A stretch of 39,229 nt of DNA, from IMG/VR virus record IMGVR_UViG_2537561824_000013; one strand, given 5' to 3'. The DNA comes from a virus (Duplodnaviria; Heunggongvirae; Uroviricota; Caudoviricetes). The notes under the pieces were generated by a model that did no database searches, was not told the DNA's origin, and was given only the letters and a program-made list of their open reading frames with translations. This document shows, piece after piece, positions 27,784 through 36,787 of this stretch. Both the position numbers and the translations under genes were made by a program. Position 1 is the stretch's first letter, and the number at the start of each line of letters is the position of its first letter.

Positions 27784-28512
27784 ATGACGCAGACACTGAA
27801 TCCGGTCATCACTGTCACCGTGTCCGGTCCTGTGGGCAGCGGTAAAAGTTACGTACTGGCGCGAATAGAGGAAGTGGTGAAACAGGAATTCGGAAACAGC
27901 GTCATTGTCGACGCCGCAGACGTGGACGGTGAGCGCCGTATGAGTGGGGATGATCTGAGCACATGGCAGAAACCACGGGCTGGCACAGTGATCAGGCTGG
28001 AGGAATACACGGGACAGGGCCTGTTGTCATACGGCGAGGAGCGTATCTGTCGGACGAATGAGCTGCTGGATGTTATATGCCCCACGGGCCGGCAACCCTG
28101 GATACTGCCCGATGCACTGCATGCCACCATTGCGGCACTGATGACAGTTTACGATCAGGAGCTGCTCATGAAGGAGTTACGTAAACTCACTGGTCAGTCA
28201 ACAGAATGTTGTTCGTCCCCGAAGTACGGCAAACAGGAACACATCCCGATTAACCAGCCTCCCCGGTTCTTCGACGAATACCTTCTGACACCGGAAAATA
28301 AAGCTGAGCATGAAGAGATCAAAGCGGCGTTGTTCCGGGAAATCAGGAAGATTGCTGAAATGCAACTGGAGGGCGGGCTGGACAGAGTGATGGCGAGAGG
28401 AGAATGGGCATCGCTGTTTGAAAGAGTTTCCCCGGAATTACTTCCCCTCGCACTGGCTATCGGGATTATGCAGACAGCGGATAAACCTCACTTACGTTCA
28501 TTAAACACGTAA
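27784..28512 (+). CDS. Hypothetical protein with N-terminal P-loop (Walker A) motif; unknown function
   Basis: ATG at 27784 with AGGAGAA upstream; Walker A-like GPVGSGKS at residues 15-22; the remainder is unrecognisable to me. Confidence 0.6.
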   Translation: MTQTLNPVITVTVSGPVGSGKSYVLARIEEVVKQEFGNSVIVDAADVDGERRMSGDDLSTWQKPRAGTVIRLEEYTGQGLLSYGEERICRTNELLDVICPTGRQPWILPDALHATIAALMTVYDQELLMKELRKLTGQSTECCSSPKYGKQEHIPINQPPRFFDEYLLTPENKAEHEEIKAALFREIRKIAEMQLEGGLDRVMARGEWASLFERVSPELLPLALAIGIMQTADKPHLRSLNT

Positions 28513-28892
28513 CGCATAATCCGGGATACGCATTCAGCGATGACTGCATTTTCACCGGTTTTTACTGCATCCAGAAGTGACTCTTTAAATGGTACGGGCC
28601 GGGGCTGCAGAAAGGTCGGCATGGCATTGAGCAGACAGAGCGTTTTTTCCGTGAGGACGACATCAGCCGCTCCCACAGCCAGCAACTGAGAGTAACGAAT
28701 ATAGCTGTTATCCCGAAGCCATATCAGCGTATCAATAAAACACCGGCACTTTTTCTGGTCGTGATCAACCTGGTCCGGGATATCGAAAAAACCAGAATAA
28801 ATCAAAACCTGAGGTGCCGGATGCGTGTTCAGTAATCGGCAGAATATTTTGCCGGTGAGTACATAAAAATCATCATTTAAGGAGTGCATCAT
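28488..28892 (-). CDS. Hypothetical protein (134 aa), unknown function
   Basis: ATG at complement of 28890-28892 with a weak GGGGA Shine-Dalgarno; converges on and overlaps the 3' end of the P-loop gene by 25 nt; its start codon overlaps the start of the divergent 71-aa ORF. Confidence 0.35.
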   Translation of the reverse strand: MMHSLNDDFYVLTGKIFCRLLNTHPAPQVLIYSGFFDIPDQVDHDQKKCRCFIDTLIWLRDNSYIRYSQLLAVGAADVVLTEKTLCLLNAMPTFLQPRPVPFKESLLDAVKTGENAVIAECVSRIMRYVFNERK

Positions 28893-29106
28893 GAATCCCC
28901 GATTAACGTTAACAGAACATCAGCGCCGTGCTGAAGCAGTGAACAATGTTCTGGAAGATATTATCCGGTTATACCGCGGAGAACTGAGTGTCTGTCGTGC
29001 CGCTTTTCATTTTCAGGGAATACAAAAGCAGTTTGATACTTCTGTTTTTGCAGAAGGTATTACTTATGCCCTGGACCGGATAAGGTCAGAAAATCGCCCC
29101 GGATAA
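28891..29106 (+). CDS. Hypothetical small protein (71 aa), unknown function
   Basis: ATG at 28891 with TAAGGAG 7 nt upstream. Confidence 0.45.
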   Translation: MNPRLTLTEHQRRAEAVNNVLEDIIRLYRGELSVCRAAFHFQGIQKQFDTSVFAEGITYALDRIRSENRPG

Positions 29107-29160
29107 TCCCTAAACCACATTAACAGAAATCCCGCCATCCCTGCCGCATCATGAAAGAAC

Positions 29161-29192
29161 GACCAGCCCGGCACCCGAAAGCCGGGCTGGTC
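29161..29192. other. Perfect 12-bp stem / 8-nt loop hairpin between the 71-aa ORF and the methyltransferase gene
   Basis: GACCAGCCCGGC acccgaaa GCCGGGCTGGTC; not followed by a U-run on the plus strand and only a modest one on the minus strand. Confidence 0.5.
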
Positions 29193-29296
29193 ATCGCCCC
29201 ACAGGAATGCGCTGTGAGCCGACCAAGGTTCAGTCAGTCTCGCGAGACCTGACCAGACTGCCATATTTTTTAATAATTGTAAAAGGCTTGCAGATT

Positions 29297-30061
29297 ATGA
29301 AAATGCAGACATTACCCATCGTGCCGTGGATTGGTGGCAAACGCCGCCTTGCAAAACACATTCTGCCGCTGTTTCCGGCGCATGAATGTTATGTGGAGCC
29401 GTTTTGTGGGGCAGCAGCGCTCTATTTTCTTAAGACACCCGGCAAGATCGAAGTCATCAATGATATCAACGGTGAACTGGTGAATCTGTACCGGGTGGTA
29501 AAGCATCACCTGGAAGAATTTGTCCGCCAGTTCAAATGGGCGCTGGTCAGCCGTCAGATCTACAAATGGCTGCAGATCACCCCGGAAGAAACACTGACGG
29601 ATATCCAGCGTGCGGCACGGTTCTACTACCTTCAGAAGCAGGCGTTTGGCGGCAAGGTGGCAGAGCACAGCTTCGGTACCTCCACCACATCCCCGCCACG
29701 CTTCAACCTGCTACGTATTGAAGAAGAACTGTCAGCGGCACACCTGCGGCTTTCCAGAACAGTCATAGAACACATGGACTGGCAACAGTGCATTGAGCGT
29801 TATGATCGTCCGCACACGCTGTTCTACTGCGACCCACCGTACCTGGGTACGGAAGGCTATGGTGTGGATTTTCCTGAAGGGAACTACTCGCGGCTGGCAG
29901 AGCTGGCCCGGTGCATCAGAGGAAAAATGATAATTTCGGTGAACGACATCCCGCAGATGCGCGAGGTGTTCACTGGACTGAACATACAGACAGTGAATAT
30001 CAACTACAGTCTGGCGGGTAAACCCACGCCGCGCCGTGAACTGCTAATCTGCAACTTCTGA
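29297..30061 (+). CDS. DNA adenine methyltransferase, Dam-like (D12 class N6-adenine MTase)
   Basis: ATG at 29297; product MKMQTLPIVPWIGGKRRLAKHILP... has the Dam-type N-terminus, an AdoMet motif (EPFCGAAALYF) and the catalytic DPPY motif; specificity cannot be read from sequence. Confidence 0.85.
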   Translation: MKMQTLPIVPWIGGKRRLAKHILPLFPAHECYVEPFCGAAALYFLKTPGKIEVINDINGELVNLYRVVKHHLEEFVRQFKWALVSRQIYKWLQITPEETLTDIQRAARFYYLQKQAFGGKVAEHSFGTSTTSPPRFNLLRIEEELSAAHLRLSRTVIEHMDWQQCIERYDRPHTLFYCDPPYLGTEGYGVDFPEGNYSRLAELARCIRGKMIISVNDIPQMREVFTGLNIQTVNINYSLAGKPTPRRELLICNF

Positions 30062-30068
30062 AACAAAA

Positions 30069-30091
30069 CCGGAAAGCACAATGCTTTCCGG
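30069..30091 (-). terminator. Intrinsic terminator for the repressor transcript (also sits just after the methyltransferase gene)
   Basis: CCGGAAAGCA caa TGCTTTCCGG is a 10-bp stem; on the minus strand it is followed by TTTTGTTT. Confidence 0.55.
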
Positions 30092-30177
30092 TAAACCAAA
30101 CAACTTCCACTATGTCACTGGCGATGTTTTCTGAAAGCATCCAGATCAACCACCTGTCCTTTGTGTCCGGGTCAGTA

Positions 30178-30534
30178 TCAGCCTGCGATTTTTCCTGGTT
30201 TTGGCTGAGTATAGAATCGCCCAATCTCAAGAAATGAGCGTTGTTGGTCTGGTGTCATGTCGTCAAAAGTATCTATTAGTTTTTGTTTTTCTGGGGAAAT
30301 TTGATTCTGGTTTCTAGTCATACCATCTGTGCTCATTCCAGTGAGCAACCAATTTACATCAACATTAAACTCTTGATGCATCTTTAACAGAAACTCCCCT
30401 CCAGGCATCGCCTTTCCATTTTCAATCTGACTGATACCACCATTAGAAATACCTAAACGAGCTGCAAATTCTCTCTGGTTCAACCCTGCTTTCTTCCTCA
30501 CAGAAATAACGCGCTCTCCTATATCTTTGCTCAT
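30178..30534 (-). CDS. Prophage immunity repressor, XRE-family HTH protein
   Basis: 118-aa ORF divergent from the early operon; HTH segment LNQREFAARLGISNGGISQIENGK; its start codon lies inside an operator half-site. Confidence 0.8.
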   Translation of the reverse strand: MSKDIGERVISVRKKAGLNQREFAARLGISNGGISQIENGKAMPGGEFLLKMHQEFNVDVNWLLTGMSTDGMTRNQNQISPEKQKLIDTFDDMTPDQQRSFLEIGRFYTQPKPGKIAG

Positions 30535-30575
30535 AAAAGTGAATCTCTATCTTGATATGCTCATAATTATGAGCA
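30528..30575. promoter_or_regulatory. Candidate operator/divergent promoter region between the repressor and the early operon
   Basis: Perfect 18-bp palindrome TGCTCATAATTATGAGCA at 30558-30575 plus an extra half-site TGCTCATAA at 30528-30536 overlapping the repressor ATG. Confidence 0.55.
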
Positions 30576-30627
30576 ATAATCTAACACATATAAGGCAAAC
30601 ATCATTGCATCAACAAAGGAGACAACG

Positions 30628-30816
30628 ATGACTGCAGAACAAGTCAAAGCTCTCTTCCGCCAGCGCGGGATCACTTTCACCCGCTGGGCAGAAGAAAACG
30701 GCTACAACCGCAATGAGGTATACCGCGTTCTCAACGGGCAGACCAAAGCCCGTTACGGTAAATCCCATGAAATCGCCGTGAAGTTGGGACTGAAATCAAC
30801 AGCTCAGGCGGCCTAA
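30628..30816 (+). CDS. Small DNA-binding early regulator (functional position of Mu Ner / lambda Cro)
   Basis: ATG at 30628 with AAAGGAGA upstream; 62-aa product with an HTH-like segment (YNRNEVYRVLNGQTKARYG); first gene of the rightward operon opposite the repressor. Confidence 0.55.
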   Translation: MTAEQVKALFRQRGITFTRWAEENGYNRNEVYRVLNGQTKARYGKSHEIAVKLGLKSTAQAA

Positions 30817-30862
30817 ATATTTTGAGTCTTTGTAAAAGGTTATCACATATCGCAAAAGAGGT

Positions 30863-31177
30863 ATGCAGATGAGTAAGACGAATGTTTCAAGCTCCGGCAG
30901 TCGCATCCTCCGGGTACTCAAAGCGCTGCGCGGTCATGCCCTGAACGGTATTTCTAACGGTGAACTGGCGACAGCACTGCACGAGTCACCGGCAAACATC
31001 AACCGGGCACTCAACACCCTCATTGAAGAAGGGCTGGCTCTGAAACTGGAGAACGGACGTTTTGCACCGGGCATCCAGTTACTGCAGATCGCCATGGCCC
31101 ACAGTAACGAGATGGCACGTGCACAGGATCGTATTAACGAAATTAACCAACGTGTCATTTCAGGTAGTCGTTTGTAA
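30863..31177 (+). CDS. Putative winged-helix DNA-binding protein
   Basis: 104-aa ORF with ATG at 30863; HTH-like segment ISNGELATALHESPANINRALNTLIEEGL. Confidence 0.45.
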   Translation: MQMSKTNVSSSGSRILRVLKALRGHALNGISNGELATALHESPANINRALNTLIEEGLALKLENGRFAPGIQLLQIAMAHSNEMARAQDRINEINQRVISGSRL

Positions 31178-31187
31178 GGAGTAATCA

Positions 31188-32108
31188 ATGGGACGTACCA
31201 AATCACCGATTAACACTGAACTGAACGCCGATGTACCGCTGTCGGATGATCTCAACGTCAGCCTGAATGCCATGACACAGCATCGCATGGAGATCATGCA
31301 GCAGTTTGGTGATGGACTGCCTTATGAACGTGAACGCATCGTTCACGAAGCACGTTTTTATATGGCGCAGAGTGCTGAATCTATGTTGGAAGCGGGTAAG
31401 CGGCTGATCATCTTAAAAGAAAATGAACCGCATGGTGATTTCACAAATATTCTGGAAAACGACCTCGGATTAGCACCACAGGTAGCTCGTCGCATGATGC
31501 AGGCCAGCGTGAAATTTCTCGGCAATGGAGATGAACAGCCAAAACGCTCAGCGCTGAGCGTTTTGGGAAAAACCAAGTTATATGAACTGATGGTTCTGGA
31601 TGACGAAGAACTCGACGCATTAGCTGATGGTGGAACCGTCGCCGGTGCAACGCTTGATGATATTGATCGCATGACCAGCCGCGAACTGAAGGCCGCCCTG
31701 CGTGAAGCGCGCGAAACCAACGCAGCTCAGCAACAGGTGCTTGCCGGAAAGGACGAAAAAATCAACGAACTGGCCACAAAACTGGAGAAGAAATCGCGCC
31801 TGCAACCTCCGCCGCCAGACGAAGAACTGAAAAAATTGCGGGCGGAAGTGACGGCATTAGCGGTTGAGGCCGAATCGGCTATCGCCGTCCGGCTGTCCAG
31901 TGTTTTTGAGACCCTGTGTGAATACTGCACCAAAAACATGATCGATACCCCCAGAGATTTCATGGCCGGTCTGGTCTGCCAGATTGAACGCAGTGTTCAT
32001 GCATTACGTGAGACGTTTGACCTTGAGGCCGCTCCATCGGGTAACGATGCCCCCGCCTGGCTGACCGAACCGGAACCTGAAATCAACCGACCGGAGGATA
32101 TGCAGTAA
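31188..32108 (+). CDS. Hypothetical early protein (306 aa)
   Basis: ATG at 31188 with TAAGGAG upstream; acidic helical protein; no family recognised. Confidence 0.5.
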   Translation: MGRTKSPINTELNADVPLSDDLNVSLNAMTQHRMEIMQQFGDGLPYERERIVHEARFYMAQSAESMLEAGKRLIILKENEPHGDFTNILENDLGLAPQVARRMMQASVKFLGNGDEQPKRSALSVLGKTKLYELMVLDDEELDALADGGTVAGATLDDIDRMTSRELKAALREARETNAAQQQVLAGKDEKINELATKLEKKSRLQPPPPDEELKKLRAEVTALAVEAESAIAVRLSSVFETLCEYCTKNMIDTPRDFMAGLVCQIERSVHALRETFDLEAAPSGNDAPAWLTEPEPEINRPEDMQ

Positions 32109-32425
32109 TGAATACGAATAACACACAAAATACCCTGATGGACAGCCCGGAGGCACTGGGGCACGCACTGTGTAATCTGCTGCCGGAGATGGTGCAGGGT
32201 TTCCGCGTGGTGACCCCTTCCGGTGAAATCTGCGTACCCGCACAGGAGACGCACCCGTTTGTACTGACGATGGAGGTGATGCTGATGCAGCAGATAAGAC
32301 GTCTGCAGAATCAGTCAGCATTACGCCCGGTAGTTGCACCGCAACCGGTAAATACCGTGGTGAAAACCTGCGATGGCGAAACACTGTGCGACCTCGCCAG
32401 AAAAATTGCCGCCAGAATCGGATAA
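32108..32425 (+). CDS. Hypothetical early protein (105 aa)
   Basis: ATG at 32108 in a TAATG overlap with the preceding stop. Confidence 0.45.
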   Translation: MNTNNTQNTLMDSPEALGHALCNLLPEMVQGFRVVTPSGEICVPAQETHPFVLTMEVMLMQQIRRLQNQSALRPVVAPQPVNTVVKTCDGETLCDLARKIAARIG

Positions 32426-32440
32426 CAGGGAAGACAAGCT

Positions 32441-34210
32441 ATGACCCCGGCACTGACTGAAAAACTGGTTGAAACAGCCCGCGCGGCACGTGACGCGGGG
32501 CATGGTAAACGCGGTGCAATATACGACGCTGCCTGTGCTGAACTTGGCATGTCCCGCGCCACTCTGCTGCGCAGGCTGAAGGAGGTATCTGTGACTGATA
32601 AACGCAAAAAACGCGCCGATGCCGGGCGCAGCGCCCTGACCCGCGACGAAGCCGCGCTGATATCTGCCACACTGCGTGAGGCCACCCGCAAGAACGGTAA
32701 GCGTCTCTATTCCATCGCAGATGCAGTGGAAACCCTGCGGGCTAACGGCTTTATCACCGCAGGCAGAACAGATGAAACCACCAGTGAGTTTTTCCCGTTG
32801 TCTGAAGATGCCATCAGCCGTGCTCTGCGTAACTATGGCCTGCACCCGGAACAACTGGATGCCCCTGCACCACATACCGAAGTGGCCAGTCTGCATCCCA
32901 ATCATGTCTGGCAGATTGACGCCTCACTCTGCACGCTTTACTACCTGAGCAATGGACATAAAGGGCTGCAGGTGATGGACAGCGCGAAGTTCTACAAGAA
33001 CAAGCCCGCTAACCTTGCCCGTATCGCCAGTGACCGCGTGTGGAGTTACGAGATTACCGACCATGCCAGCGGCTGGATTTACGTTGAGTATGTGACGGGC
33101 GCGGAATCAGGTGAGAACCTGTGTTCTGTGCTTATCAACGCCATGCAGGAGCGTGGCGGCGCAGACGTGCTGCACGGCGTGCCGAAAATACTCTATCTCG
33201 ACCCCGGCTCGGCAAACACCGCGGGTATGACGAAAAACATGTGCCGCTCACTGGGCATCGACCTGATAGCGCACAAGCCGCATAACGCCCGCGCCACCGG
33301 ACAGGTGGAAAAGGCGCGTGACATTATCGAACGCAAGCTGGAGCCGGGTCTGAAGTTCCGGCCGGTTCACAGTCTGGAAGAACTCAACGCGCTGGCCGCG
33401 AAATGGCGCAGCCACTTTAACGCCACGGCTGTTCACAGCCGCCACGGTAAAACCCGCACGGATATCTGGCTGAAGATTACTGCTGAGCAGCTGAAAAAAG
33501 CGCCTTCCGTTGAGGTATGTCGTGAACTGGCTGTGGCGGCACCAGAACTCCGCAAAGTCACGCCAAAACTTCGTGTCTCGTTCCGGGGCACTGAATTTGA
33601 CGTATCAACGGTACCGGGCGTACTGGTTGGTGAAAAACTGATGATTACCCGTAACCCATGGCGCAGCGATGTGGCACAGGTGGTTCTGACCGGTGAGGAC
33701 GGCCACGAGACGTTCTTCCTGGTCGAAGAGGTCAGAAAGAACGAGTTTGGCTTTGCTGAAGGCGCGGCGGTATTTGGCGAAAGTTACAAAGCCCTGCCGG
33801 AAACCCCGGCACAGATGGCGGCAAAAGAAACCGAAGCGCTGGTTACCGGTACAGACAACGCCGCAGATGCAGCCGCCGCACGCAAGGCGAAGGCGCTGCC
33901 GTTCGGCGGGCGGCTTGACCCGTATAAACATATCGACGACACCACACTTCCGGCCTATATGCCGAAGCGTGGTCAGGCCTCTGACGTACGCGGGCCGCGC
34001 ACTGAACAACGTCCCATGACTCATGTGGAGGCCGCGAAAGCCCTGCGCGATAAGTTCAGCGCCGACGGCCTTACCTGGACGCCGGAACATTACCGCCAGT
34101 TAACGGCACAGTACCCGGACGGCGTACCGGAAGCCGCACTGGATGAAGTCATGGCCACGCTGACCACACCGGCCCGCAGCAGTGTTATCAGCATTGTTAA
34201 CGGCAACTGA
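32441..34210 (+). CDS. DDE transposase (integrase-core/rve-type; functional equivalent of MuA)
   Basis: 589-aa ORF with ATG at 32441; N-terminal HTH, then candidate catalytic triad in ...VWQIDAS..., ...LYLDPGSAN... and ...TGQVEKA... with about 35 aa between the second D and the E; followed by the B-like ATPase. Confidence 0.85.
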   Translation: MTPALTEKLVETARAARDAGHGKRGAIYDAACAELGMSRATLLRRLKEVSVTDKRKKRADAGRSALTRDEAALISATLREATRKNGKRLYSIADAVETLRANGFITAGRTDETTSEFFPLSEDAISRALRNYGLHPEQLDAPAPHTEVASLHPNHVWQIDASLCTLYYLSNGHKGLQVMDSAKFYKNKPANLARIASDRVWSYEITDHASGWIYVEYVTGAESGENLCSVLINAMQERGGADVLHGVPKILYLDPGSANTAGMTKNMCRSLGIDLIAHKPHNARATGQVEKARDIIERKLEPGLKFRPVHSLEELNALAAKWRSHFNATAVHSRHGKTRTDIWLKITAEQLKKAPSVEVCRELAVAAPELRKVTPKLRVSFRGTEFDVSTVPGVLVGEKLMITRNPWRSDVAQVVLTGEDGHETFFLVEEVRKNEFGFAEGAAVFGESYKALPETPAQMAAKETEALVTGTDNAADAAAARKAKALPFGGRLDPYKHIDDTTLPAYMPKRGQASDVRGPRTEQRPMTHVEAAKALRDKFSADGLTWTPEHYRQLTAQYPDGVPEAALDEVMATLTTPARSSVISIVNGN

Positions 34211-34220
34211 GGAGGGAAAC

Positions 34221-35387
34221 ATGCTGGTACTGAAGCAGCAACTGAAAGAGGCCCGTATTCCACAGGCGGTGGTGGCGAGAGCTGTCGATGTTTCTGAGGC
34301 CACGCTGGCCCAGATTGTGAATCATAACGCGTGGCCCCGCACCAGCCCCGGAGAAGTGCGCCGGCGTCTTGCGTCCTGGCTGGAAAGTCAGGGGATTGAT
34401 ACAACGAAGAGTTTTGATGCTGTACAGGGCGCGGCCACGCCCCGTACAGCGGGTACCACAGATAAAACGAGCCTCAGTGAGGAAGAGAATATGTTACTCA
34501 AAAAACAGGTGTTATTTCCAGCAACCAAAAAAGCGTTTGGTCTTTTCCGTGACCCGTTCGCCGACGAAGCCATGCAGGGTTCTGATGATGTGTTCACCAC
34601 CCCGGATATTCGCTACGTGCGTGAGGCGTTGTACCAGACAGCCCGTCATGGTGGGTTTATGGCCGTCATCGGTGAGTCCGGTGCGGGTAAATCCACGCTG
34701 CGCCGCGACCTGACTGAACGTATCAACCGCGAGAATGCGCCGGTAATTGTTATCGAGCCATACATCATCGCTATGGAAGACAACGATGTGAAAGGGAAAA
34801 CCCTGAAGGCAGCAGCGATTGCCGAAGCCATTATCAGTACCATCGCACCACTGGAAAGCATCAGACGCAGTCAGGACGCCCGCTTTCGCCAGTTGCATCG
34901 CGTCCTGAAAGACAGCAGCCAGGCGGGGTTCAGCCACGTTCTGGTGATTGAGGAGGCCCACAGTCTGCCCATTCCGACACTGAAACACCTCAAACGCTTT
35001 TTTGAGCTGGAGTCCGGTTTCAAAAAACTGCTGTCCATCGTGCTGATTGGCCAGCCGGAACTGGCGACAAAACTGTCTGAACGCAATATGGAAGTCCGTG
35101 AAGTCGTTCAGCGCTGTGAGGTGGTCGAACTTCTGCCTCTGGACAATAACCTTGAAGAGTTTCTGACGTTCAAACTGCAACGGGCCGGTAAACAACTGAC
35201 GGACATTATGGACGCCAGCGCAGTGGATGCCATACGTGCCCGCCTGAGCAATCCGGGAAGTCATCGTAAAAATATGGTCAGCCTGCTGTATCCGCTGGCC
35301 GTCAGTAACCTGGTAATAGCCGCCATGAATCTGGCCGCTGAAATCGGGGTTCCACAGGTCAACGCTGACGTTGTCAAAGGGGTTTAA
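34221..35387 (+). CDS. Transposition helper ATPase (AAA+; MuB/TniB-like)
   Basis: ATG at 34221 with GAGGAGGGAAAC upstream; Walker A GESGAGKST and Walker B-like VLVIEEAH; immediately downstream of the transposase. Confidence 0.8.
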   Translation: MLVLKQQLKEARIPQAVVARAVDVSEATLAQIVNHNAWPRTSPGEVRRRLASWLESQGIDTTKSFDAVQGAATPRTAGTTDKTSLSEEENMLLKKQVLFPATKKAFGLFRDPFADEAMQGSDDVFTTPDIRYVREALYQTARHGGFMAVIGESGAGKSTLRRDLTERINRENAPVIVIEPYIIAMEDNDVKGKTLKAAAIAEAIISTIAPLESIRRSQDARFRQLHRVLKDSSQAGFSHVLVIEEAHSLPIPTLKHLKRFFELESGFKKLLSIVLIGQPELATKLSERNMEVREVVQRCEVVELLPLDNNLEEFLTFKLQRAGKQLTDIMDASAVDAIRARLSNPGSHRKNMVSLLYPLAVSNLVIAAMNLAAEIGVPQVNADVVKGV

Positions 35388-35389
35388 TA

Positions 35390-35659
35390 ATGAAATCCAC
35401 CACAGGTATCAACCAGCAAATCAGCAAAGTGCAGTCAGCCATTATGGCGCTTAAGGCGACGAACACGGATGTACAAAGCATCACCATCAGGGGTAACAAA
35501 CCTGTCATCCGCGTTTCCCGGAGTGCGCATTGCATGCGCATGCTTGAGCAGGGAAAGGCCTGTTATCTGTATACCGGTCATGACCACAGGGGACATTTCC
35601 GTCAGGGCGTTTTCGAACTGCACGGCTGTCGCGTCGTGTGGCCGGAATCTTTGTGGTAA
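35390..35659 (+). CDS. Hypothetical early protein (89 aa)
   Basis: ATG at 35390 in a TAATAATG arrangement with the B stop. Confidence 0.45.
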   Translation: MKSTTGINQQISKVQSAIMALKATNTDVQSITIRGNKPVIRVSRSAHCMRMLEQGKACYLYTGHDHRGHFRQGVFELHGCRVVWPESLW

Positions 35660-35686
35660 TCAGCACAACAGGAGGAGTCATAAAAT

Positions 35687-36217
35687 ATGGCAAAAAGTAC
35701 AAAAGGGGCAAAACGTATCAAAGCCGCAGCAGCACTCTGGGTGCCGGGGACACGCGAAGAGGTCATTGAGGGAATCAGACTGCTTGGTGACGCGCAACGT
35801 GAACTGGTCAGGGCTGAAACAGAAATGAATGACACCATTGGCGACATCACTGCACGTTATGCCCCGCTCACCGAGAGCCTGAAAAAACGCATGGCCGAAC
35901 TGCAGTCCGGTATCCAGACATGGTGTGAGGCGCACCGTGATGAACTGACCGGCAACGGGAAGGTGAAGTTCGCTAACCTCACCACCGGCGAGGTGCAGTG
36001 GCGAAACCGTCCGCCGTCAGTCAGCATTCGCGGGGCGGATAATGTCATTGAACTGCTGAGACGTCTGGGGCTTGAGCGCTTTATTCGTGTAAAAGAGGAA
36101 ATAAATAAAGACGCTATCCTGAATGAAAAAGAGGCCGTGAAAAATATTCCCGGTATTTCCATTAAAAGCGACATTGAGGATTTTTCAATAATTCCTTTTG
36201 AGCAGGATGTGCAGTAA
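35687..36217 (+). CDS. gam: Gam-like host-nuclease inhibitor (DNA end-binding protein)
   Basis: 176-aa product closely matches phage Mu Gam as I remember it (e.g. ...WCEAHRDELTGNGKVKFANLTTGEVQWRNRPPSVSIRG... and C-terminal ...DFSIIPFEQ...). Confidence 0.8.
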   Translation: MAKSTKGAKRIKAAAALWVPGTREEVIEGIRLLGDAQRELVRAETEMNDTIGDITARYAPLTESLKKRMAELQSGIQTWCEAHRDELTGNGKVKFANLTTGEVQWRNRPPSVSIRGADNVIELLRRLGLERFIRVKEEINKDAILNEKEAVKNIPGISIKSDIEDFSIIPFEQDVQ

Positions 36218-36314
36218 ACACACCACGTTAATTATTTAATAAAAACATTTTCTTTTTTATTCCGACGTCAGCGCCGCGGGCTTCTGCACGCCGGAAACAG
36301 AGGAGAATTAAATC

Positions 36315-36509
36315 ATGATATTTAAATGTATTCAGTGCGAGAGGGATATAACAGCCCTGCGTTTTCACAGCGCCATCGCCGTGATGTCCGGTAAATACCA
36401 CATCCCTGCGGTACGCGTCACCCTGGTCTGCCCGTACTGCAGCCAGCATTTTTCGGCAGACGTGCCCGTCATGGAATTCTCCCGCCCTGACAGGGAGGAC
36501 TCGCAATGA
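36315..36509 (+). CDS. Small zinc-ribbon protein (CxxC...CxxC)
   Basis: 64-aa ORF with Cys pairs CIQC and CPYC; stop overlaps the next gene's start. Confidence 0.45.
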   Translation: MIFKCIQCERDITALRFHSAIAVMSGKYHIPAVRVTLVCPYCSQHFSADVPVMEFSRPDREDSQ

Positions 36510-36778
36510 TTACCCCACAGGAAGCACGACAGCGCACCCGAACCCTTGTTGAACACTATGTCAACGAGTGTGAATGCCGCGACCTCACCGATGTGAAGCA
36601 CGTCCTGACGGCGCTAATCAGCATGACCGCTCAAGCCATTGTGGCGACCAACGGAAAGGCGGCTGCCCTGCAGGTACTGGTGAACACACTAACCCACACG
36701 GCAGCGCATGAGGTGCCGTACCGGATGGAAACCACTGCAGAAGGCGGCCTGCACATCACCGTCAGCCGGAAGCACTGA
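36506..36778 (+). CDS. Hypothetical early protein (90 aa)
   Basis: Translationally coupled ORF; no motif recognised. Confidence 0.4.
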   Translation: MITPQEARQRTRTLVEHYVNECECRDLTDVKHVLTALISMTAQAIVATNGKAAALQVLVNTLTHTAAHEVPYRMETTAEGGLHITVSRKH

Positions 36779-36787
36779 GGGCGCGGC

